DNA of 64,000 bases from Chrysomallon squamiferum. Taxonomy: Eukaryota > Animalia > Mollusca. The notes beneath the pieces were generated by a model, which saw nothing but the letters and a program-made list of their open reading frames with translations, did no database searches and had not been told where the DNA came from. The stretch's first letter is position 1, and each line of letters begins with the position of its first letter. Of this stretch, positions 55,490 to 64,000 are shown piece by piece. Made by a program: the position numbers and the translations under genes. The DNA lies in the NCBI GenBank assembly GCA_012295275.1, contig CM022667.1, positions 21,700,001 through 21,764,000 on the forward strand, in the 5' to 3' direction.

Positions 55490-55750
55490 AATGCATTTTA
55501 ATACTGGTTTTTTAGTTTACAGTTTTATATTTAATACATTTTAATACTGGTTTTACTTTTGCAGTTTTACATTTAATACATTTTAATACTGGTTTTACTT
55601 TTGCAGTTTTACATTTAATACATTTTAATACTGGTCTTACACTTTACCGTGTTACATTTAATACATTTTAATACTAGTTTTACACTTTACAGTTTTAAAG
55701 TTAATACATTTTAATACTGGTTCTATATTTTACTGTGTTAATACATTTTG
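55490..55750 (+). repeat. 42-bp minisatellite, ~6 copies
   Basis: ATTTAATACATTTTAATACTGGTTTTACTTTTGCAGTTTTAC-like unit. Confidence 0.9.
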
Positions 55751-58700
55751 AAAACGCTGTTGACAGTGAAGTCGAATATATTTTGATGTGGAAAATAGTT
55801 TTTGATATTGCTTGACTACTATTTCACTTTATAAGATCAGTTAAATTTGCCTCCGCTATCACATTAAATTTGAGTAAAACATTTCACAGTTTGCGCTTGC
55901 CAGACAGTTTGTGGTTTTCAATTTAGGAAACAAATCGATGTGTTCCTTTCACTGAGGACTTTTGAATGACTCTAAATTAGCTAACATGCTACCTGATAAA
56001 CGCGAAGTTAGAAAGTCGCCATGACAGTCTACATTGCATTAGAGTCCATTAATATCGTTTTACAGCTTTTTATCATACTAGAAAAGTGTTAGTTAATGAA
56101 AAAATCTTCGTCGTCATCATTATCACCATTAATAGCAGCAGCAGCGATAACATTAATTTCCATAATCATTTTCTTACTGTAATATAATGTTTACTACAAT
56201 CTTATCGTTGTGTTATGGTTATCATGGTTAAAAGCGTCTAGGAAAAACAAGACATGTAATTAAAGTTTACTTAAAAGTTTTATTTTATTATAAAACAGTT
56301 ACAATTAAACACATCTCTGTTTTTCTACTGTGTTAATGTTATTCAAATTGGACTGTTTGAAAGATCTTCCTTCAAACGATAAAATGGATTTCGTCTCCGA
56401 AAAGTAATTAGATTGACACCAAGTAGTTTCATCAAGAGCTGGGTGAAGATAAAAAGAGACACAGATGAAGTGAAACCCAGTTAAACGTGACAGAGTGTAA
56501 ATTCGTGTTAACTTTAACTACAGTCAGTGTGAATTGTACTTTGACGAGTGGAATCAGTTGAATCAGTTTGTCACTCGTCTTAGACTCAGTTCCTTTAGTC
56601 CATTACAGTTCTTCTTCCTTGTTTTATTTTTCGTTGTTTTTATGATGTCCCCTTTTCCTTTTGCTCTGATTATTATTATTTTTTAAATAGTATTACTGCT
56701 GATTCTACTACTACAGCTTCTACTAGTACCATCACCACTACTATTATTAGTATACGGCTACTTCTGCTATCACGACTACTATGCTTTATTACTACTGTTT
56801 ATTCTGCTACTACTACTCATAATACTACTACTACAAGTAATACTGTCTGACAGTATTCTGTCAAAGTATGTGTATTTGAAATTGTTTTAACGAAACTATA
56901 TGATCAAATATATGTTTGTGTATACTGAATGCTGTGTCAGCTGAAATATTACCAGGGAGAAACAATTATTACGTTCTGGGTAAAAGAGGACGTAACATCG
57001 ATAAATCTTTACGTGTATACGCTCACTTAATACAACACAGATTTATCATTAGACACACTAGCACGTGATACGACTCTATTTGTATATTTATATTCAGTCT
57101 GAGAGAGAAAACATTGATCTTAATAATGACATAATACCTTCACTCAAGCTGTAACAGTAACAGATCGAAATATACACATCACTTTTATTTATCAGATATG
57201 CTTTAAACGTTTTTGTTCTATTTATATTTTTCGAGATAAATGGTTTATTAAGTAGTGTCGTGTAAGTATAAAACGTTATTTATTTCACGTCATAATGCCA
57301 CAGTATCGGTTTTAACTGATACCAAAAATAAATTTTATTCAATGAATTAATGATTATATTATACAGATAATGGCTACCTAGCTTATAAGTATTTCATCTT
57401 GAATCAGAAACAAGAGTACCTTAAAATTATAAACTCACGAATTACTGTGGACTTTTTTAACATCTTCTTCTTCTTTTTAAAAGAAGATTTATATAATGAT
57501 CTGTCCCCTCCTTCTCTTTATGCGGTAGATATCTTTATTGCTTCAGTTTTGTAATTTTAATGTCAAAGAACCATAGCAGCAAAATGTTTTCATTCATCGC
57601 AGGAAATGTGAGAAGCACAGAAATCAGTTTCTTCAATGCTTTTAAAAAAACAAAAACAAAAAAAACAACAAGATTAAGAAAATCACAAAGAAAAAAATAA
57701 ATCAAAATAAAATAATAAAATAATAAGAAGAAAAAATAAAAGAAAAACATTGTAAAAAAATAAATTAGTTATTTCGGTTACTCTGCATTTGCAGAGAGCT
57801 GAAACAGTGTCCTGTCCCGTACAAAAGTTTAACCATTACAAAAAATGATATAAATAAATATGTGCTGTGCTGCAAATTAAGAATTTTTTGTTTAATAACA
57901 ACACTTCGTTTCTGGCTAATATTAATCTTTACTGATATACGAGTCTTCTGTACTGAAGATATGAAACGGAAAATCTGCTGATCATTGCAAACGTATTCGT
58001 GACGATACAAAACAATTTTTTTTAAAACAAGTTATGGATGAAATCGGAATGATTCCTTCATTCCTATTGTTTAAAAAACATTTTTCCTAAATGGTTGTAA
58101 ATCTGGACATCCACCAAAATCTGAATACAAGATATGCTAACGTTCATGTCTCGTTGGATCATCTTCTTCAAAATACAAGTCAAACAACACGAGAGTGACA
58201 CAAAACAACTTCATTCTTCTTTCACTATGTACTGGAGACTGTCAGACATCCAACACTGGGTTTCTGGGCTGAGTCTGTTCATCTCTGCATCGTTCCACTG
58301 TTTTTTGCTATTTTGTCAGATCATATTTTTAATATTAAAACAATTATATGAGATACCATTTTTAATATGGAGTAAATTTGAAGTATTGAGAGCAAAGTAT
58401 GTATTTTCATTGTACCTAATACCAACATGAACACACACTCACAAAACAAATTTTCTTTTTGGAAAATAAAATGAAACGCTTTTGTTTCACTGTCTCAGTT
58501 AAAGGATTGTCCAGGTTCATGAATATTAACTTGGAGGCATAAATGATTACGAAGAAAATCACAAAAGAATGTCACATGGATAAACAATTTGTTTGAAAAC
58601 AAACAGCATGGTTACATCACCTGAACCATTTTCCACCTGCTAATTAATTATTAATAATCTTTGAATGTGATACTTTTTCTGTACATGATAAATATTTTTT

Positions 58701-59139
58701 AAATTTATTTTTCTATTTAATTATTTATTTTCTATTCATTACAAAATTTAGGAAATATTTTAAAAGAAAACACTAGAGACGTTTAGTCAATGCCTCTTTT
58801 GAAATACATTCCTACGTTGTTTGGTGAAAATACATTAATTATTAATAATTCAAATGAACCAATCAACAGACATGATATTAATAAGTACACTAAAACGAGA
58901 ACTCAGTCATTTATCCACAGTAAGATCAAATTAAAGAACAAAATCCCAGCATGTGGTGGTTGGCCCCTGATATATATTTTTGCGAGTCAAATTTTATGTT
59001 ATACTGAAAAGTATTTTATTTAAATGGTGACAGTTCCACCTATTTTCTAAAAGTTTGGATTCGCCCCTGACCAGAAGCTGGTTCATTCATTCATTGACAA
59101 TAATGAAGAGTGCAAACAAAAGTAATGTATTTGTGAATA

Positions 59140-59189
59140 GTTGCTATGGTGATGTCGTTAAATGCGCTTTAATAAAACGCCATGGCAAC
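59140..59189. promoter_or_regulatory. Paired RFX X-box-like motifs
   Basis: GTTGCTATGGTGAT (59140-59153) and AACGCCATGGCAAC (59176-59189), compared with consensus GTTRCCATGGYAAC. Confidence 0.5.
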
Positions 59190-61863
59190 AACGAACATCG
59201 GCGTATGCTGCATGATGGCCATTATTAATTCAAAACCCGTCATCAGTACCAAGTGAAAATATGTTTATTATTACAGTCATTGTTCCGAAACCAAGTAACT
59301 AGAACATATTGCACATAATTATCAATAAACATAGTGCAGCTTTTCGACGTTTTTCGTTGTTTTGTTTGTTTTCGTAGACAAGTTAGGCATCGCTGCTTGA
59401 TGATTTACGTTTATTTCGAAACGTATCCGTAAAATCTGTTATAATACTTTGATTCATAACACTCTCGTGTAGACAGTGCAGGAATATATGTTATTATTAA
59501 TTCCTGAATAACAATGGTTTTCTGTTCAGTTACTGTTAATCTGCATTTAGAAATGTATTCAAAATTTCATTTAAATGTGTTGTGCAGCTACAGTTGAAAA
59601 TACTAAATTAAAGGATTTATATATGATAAAAAACGAAACATTTCAGCTAAACAAGTTCCTTTATCGTTTTCTTTTGAAAGAACTCACTGTAAATTTATAA
59701 TTATAATGAAGTTTGCCAATGTTTTCTAACTACTGAAAGTAAAAAAACAACAAAAAAACCAACAATTTGAAACAATCGTCTGTGAAATATGCTGTTTTGT
59801 TGATTTCACGAAGACTGCTTGTTTGTAGATAAGTGATCGTGTTTATCAGAGACACACTGAGTGGAGTAGCACACTGCTGCCTCTAATAAACATTGTCATT
59901 AACGTGCGTAACATGATGTGGAAGTCATTTTTAATTATATTGTGTGCAGGAGATATACTCTCTGTGTGTGTGTGGTGTGTATGTGTGTGTATATTTTATA
60001 TGTTTTATATATGGGCAAAATCTGTTTAGATGTAAGATATTTATATGTTTCTAAAACGTATGTCAAATGATAAAGATTCCTTCGAACACAAAGAAATCTT
60101 AATACTTAGAGATTCGCTGAACTGTTCTGCTCCTTTCCTTTGGGATTTACGGTAACTGATGAACTGTAACAATCTCTCCTGATGCCATTATCACCACTCC
60201 AGTAACAGTCTCTGAGGCGGGTTGCTCAAAGAGATTTACATATGGACGTAAAGGATTGATAAAATATCTCGAGAAGATGGAAAACGCTTAGCTGCTGTTC
60301 AGACATACTTGATAGCCAGAGTTCGTGCTCATTCGCAAAGCAATCGACCTACAGAACTTGGCTTTTAAATTTGCTTTATTATATATATTTTTTTTATTAT
60401 TATTTTTTTAATTATCAGTATTATCGCAAGTCTTTCAGAAGCCATGACCGTTTTAAGACAGACAGACAGGCTTCTGTCTTGGTGTTTTTATAAAGTTATT
60501 TAGGGAAGCCAAATTATCAGCAGTCTCGTAGAATTTTCATTGATTTTCATATTTGTCACAGTGTTTCACAACAATGGAGTGAATAATGCACAGAATACAG
60601 GTTTGAGGTAAATTTCGTAGTAGGTCGAGATCGAACACGTTGACAAGTCTTCAGTGCTTTGTTTTCTACGTGAAAGTCCATTCTGCAAGATGTGCTAGGA
60701 AAATCGAATGAAAATCTGATAAAACGACAGTGGCTATCTGTGACCTTATTATTTAAGTACTGCTCTTGTTCAATAAAAGTGATTGAAAAATAACAGTAAT
60801 AATGAAAAGATCGATATGTATGGACATGTTTCGACATTATTTTTATAGTCGTGTCTTAGTCGCTCGGAAGACAAAGAAAATCTGAACATCTCGGTGAATA
60901 AAGAGAACATTCTAACAAATGACAATAACGAAAATAATTTCAAACAGCTGTCTCGCCATTACTAGTATGTAAATTACTATCACCTGGCAAGCATTCGTGG
61001 ATTTTGTAAATATTTATCTGATAAAACTATATAATTATATAACAAGTTTTTTTTTTCAGGTTTCTTTTTTTTTTACAATTATTAACACTTGGATGTGGAA
61101 ATGAAGGATCCCAGCATCTGAAACTGTGATATTTATATACAGCGGGATTGTAAGAGTGAAATACAATTAGTGAAAAGCTATTACATTCAGGTATGCACTA
61201 TATGGCTGTTGGCTGGGGACAGCTAGAATGGAATGAATTGTAATTTGTGTGATGGAGCCATCACCTAACACACACACGTGGTTTAATCTATTTCAGTTTA
61301 ATCACAATGCCGATATTCGGTTCCAGTCTGAACAGCATGTGTCATATTAAATTAATAATGACGTCCAATTCCCAAAGGCAAATACATTGGGATAAGTATA
61401 TGACAGAAGAAACATCAGCGGGTAGCAGAGGTCAAAGGGGAAACAAACAGTCGATAAAATTCAAATACCAAAGTCAGCTGACAAGCTGAACAAAATAATA
61501 TATATACAGAAGTGTAAATATAAATAGGAATTGGAAAAACGAATACTACGAAGGCCAGTTTAAAAACAAAAATCGAATAACCAGTCACACTACGAAAAAG
61601 AAGAATACAGAGAAGAGGAAGACAAAAAAAATTAAGACTTAACCTAACTTTAAATATGGATGGCTCCGATATAAAGCCAAGAAAGCTGTTACAGAACTGG
61701 AGTTAAAAGCAGCATGTGTTCTCTAATTATTTAGATAAATAGATAAATAAAGCCAATAATAAAAAATTAAAAAGATATTAAGTGTCGGAGACGCGAGCAG
61801 TGTAACAGGTGTTGCTGCAATGTCTATGCTGGCAGTTACTCGTCACGCGTTCTTCCCAGTACT

Positions 61864-61948
61864 ATGGATCTAACTCTGGGTGTAGCAACTTTCACCTTCT
61901 CTTTGTTTTACTTGACGTGTTTGGTGACAGGAAAATCAACGCAGTCGT
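61864..61948 (+). CDS. Signal-peptide-encoding first coding exon B, paralogous to exon A
   Basis: ACT ATG G context; MDLTLGVATFTFSLFYLTCLVTGKSTQS plus T|GTGAGT. Same 85-nt length and phase as exon A. The rest of the listed ORF (to 62118) is intron read-through. Confidence 0.78.
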
Positions 61949-63034
61949 GTGAGTATTGCTGTTCATTTTTGTTACAAAGTTTGAGATGCCAGAATAATCC
62001 CACGTTTCCTTCCTGTTGTGTTTTTCAAATACAATGTTTTAAAATATTTAAACATATAAACAAGCGCAGGTATAAACACACTTATTCTCTCTTTCCCTAT
62101 CTCATCATATTACATTAGTCTTTAAAACTCTTCATTACATTGTGTTGATGAATATGCTTGTAAGCATTCTTATTAATAATGTATAACAGTACTTAAATGT
62201 GTTTACGTGTTAATGTGGAGAGTAGAGATGTGTTTTTACGTGTTATTTAATGACATAGCTTGGGAACAAATTTCAAGATTTTAAAAAACAAGTACCATGT
62301 AGGAAATAATTATGTATTCCTTCTAATTATTATTTTATTAACCAATGTACTTTTTCATCATAAGGGTGATGTTCGTTCTTTTTTTCCTTTTGTGTTGTTG
62401 TTGTTTTATGATACAAATGAAATTTATTAACAGCCGTTTTATTTTTATTGATCACCTTCTACATTTGTAGTTTAAAATACAAAAATAAAAATGGATTTTA
62501 ATAGTTATATGTTACCTCCGGTTATGTCACCAGTTTTATCGAGCATAAATGATAATGTACTGAAATACATTATTTCACTCATGACAAGCAAAGAAACAAG
62601 AACAGATGTTGATTTTGTTTTATTTAAAAATGTTCATTGACATACATAGATACGTTTTTGAGAATTTATTATTAATTGAAATAATATTTGGAGTTCTTGT
62701 ATTTTTCAGTTGTACTTCAGTGAAAGTATTTATTATTTCATATTTAAAACGCAACAGAGGACTTCTCGAAATCACCGATATTTGAGTTTTTCTGTCAGTA
62801 ACTTTGTTCAAGCCTCGCCTTTCCCAGAGAGAGCGCTTTCACAACCACCTGATTATTCCTTGTTTTTATTTAGACGTACCTTTAGCTTAGTAACAGCATT
62901 TCTCTATATTTCATTATACTGTAACATAGATAATTATAGTAATTATAATTAATTATTAACAAATTAACTCACATTCTCGTGATAATTTTGTGATTGTATT
63001 CAAGATGTTTACCATTAGTTCTCGTCTAAAGCTT

Positions 63035-63088
<54 letters not shown>

Positions 63089-64000
63089 GATAATATTTTA
63101 TAGTGTTTTGATACTGGGATATTTTCTGAAGTGACGATAATCCCAAACCATAACAAACACTGGCTCTGTCAAACTGGCCTGAAAGCAAATTGTAAAATTA
63201 AGTTATTTCTGCGACTTAGACGACGTCCGCTGTCCTTGGGGCGCTTCTGAGATTTGATTACTACTAGTTTATCATTTTTTATATGAAGTGATATATTGTT
63301 TAGTGATTTTAAACTCCTGAGAAACAGAAGAATTCTTCTGTCATCCTTAACTTCTATCTGCCTTTTTATTGATTTATAGCCTCTTATAGGACTGGTATTT
63401 TTGAATATGCTGGTATAATGGTGACGTCTGCCTTTAATACAACAGTATCTGAGGTATGAGTTACCTTCAAACTGATTAATCAAAAAGTGTGATTACGTTG
63501 TTTTATAATCTTTTTCTACTAAACTACACACTTTTATTTATTTATTTTTTTATTTTTTATTTTTTATTTTTTAAAGACAAGTTGTAATTGATATTTCGAA
63601 GTGATTTTACTAATATCTATGTTATTTTATGAAAAGACGTATCACTATTTCGTCAGTAATAATTAAATATTTATAGAAACCGTCTCGAATGAGTAACTCT
63701 GAATAACCAACAGAATCGTTGTTTATTACATGTTAAAACTGGTTAGTGTAACTAATCACTGACAGATATAGTTTTGGATTTAGTCCCATGTATATTTTAT
63801 ATGTATGGCAAATATCGGATTAATGTTAAATATTTGTTTTCTGAAATTCGATACAAATGGGATAAAGGCTACAGACAAAATTATACTAGAAAATATACTA
63901 TATCTGTATATATCTACAAAGACAGTAAAGTAATCAGATGCTATTTATACATGGATTTTACTAACAGAAAGATGCTGGACTCCATTCTGATTACCGTGCA

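Noticed and set aside
56838-56860. TAATACTGTC (miR-8/200-like 5' end), also at ~50117
   Set aside because: The match stops after 10-12 nt and there is no precursor-sized hairpin.
58134-58430. 98-aa ORF; similarly 60556-60837 and 63169-63483 on the minus strand
   Set aside because: No recognisable homology or exon structure; consistent with chance ORFs.

Overview
AT-rich, microsatellite-dense animal genomic DNA; it looks invertebrate, possibly molluscan, but that is inference. The left end holds a head-to-head gene pair: the first coding exon of a ZNRF1/2-family RING E3 ligase (minus strand, remainder off-window) and a complete 9-exon SLC38A7/SNAT7-like lysosomal amino-acid transporter (plus strand, 1965-8619, 467 aa, all splice phases checked). 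A ~14 kb block (~15.5-29.5 kb) recurs after a 200-N gap (29.7-43.6 kb) and is most likely a false assembly duplication. The most interesting signal, not resolved by the ORF track, is a pair of homologous 85-nt signal-peptide exons (26944-27028, duplicate 41082-41166, and 61864-61948). Both have 28 codons plus T, end in GK[P/S]TQx and use a phase-1 GTGAGT donor, with no convincing coding exons between them. This suggests alternative promoters/leaders of one large secreted or membrane-protein gene, or tandem small secreted-peptide genes. The rest is minisatellites, MITE and Tc1-mariner relics and simple repeats. Most listed ORFs are low-complexity artefacts. No CRISPR array, rRNA or intact tRNA was seen.
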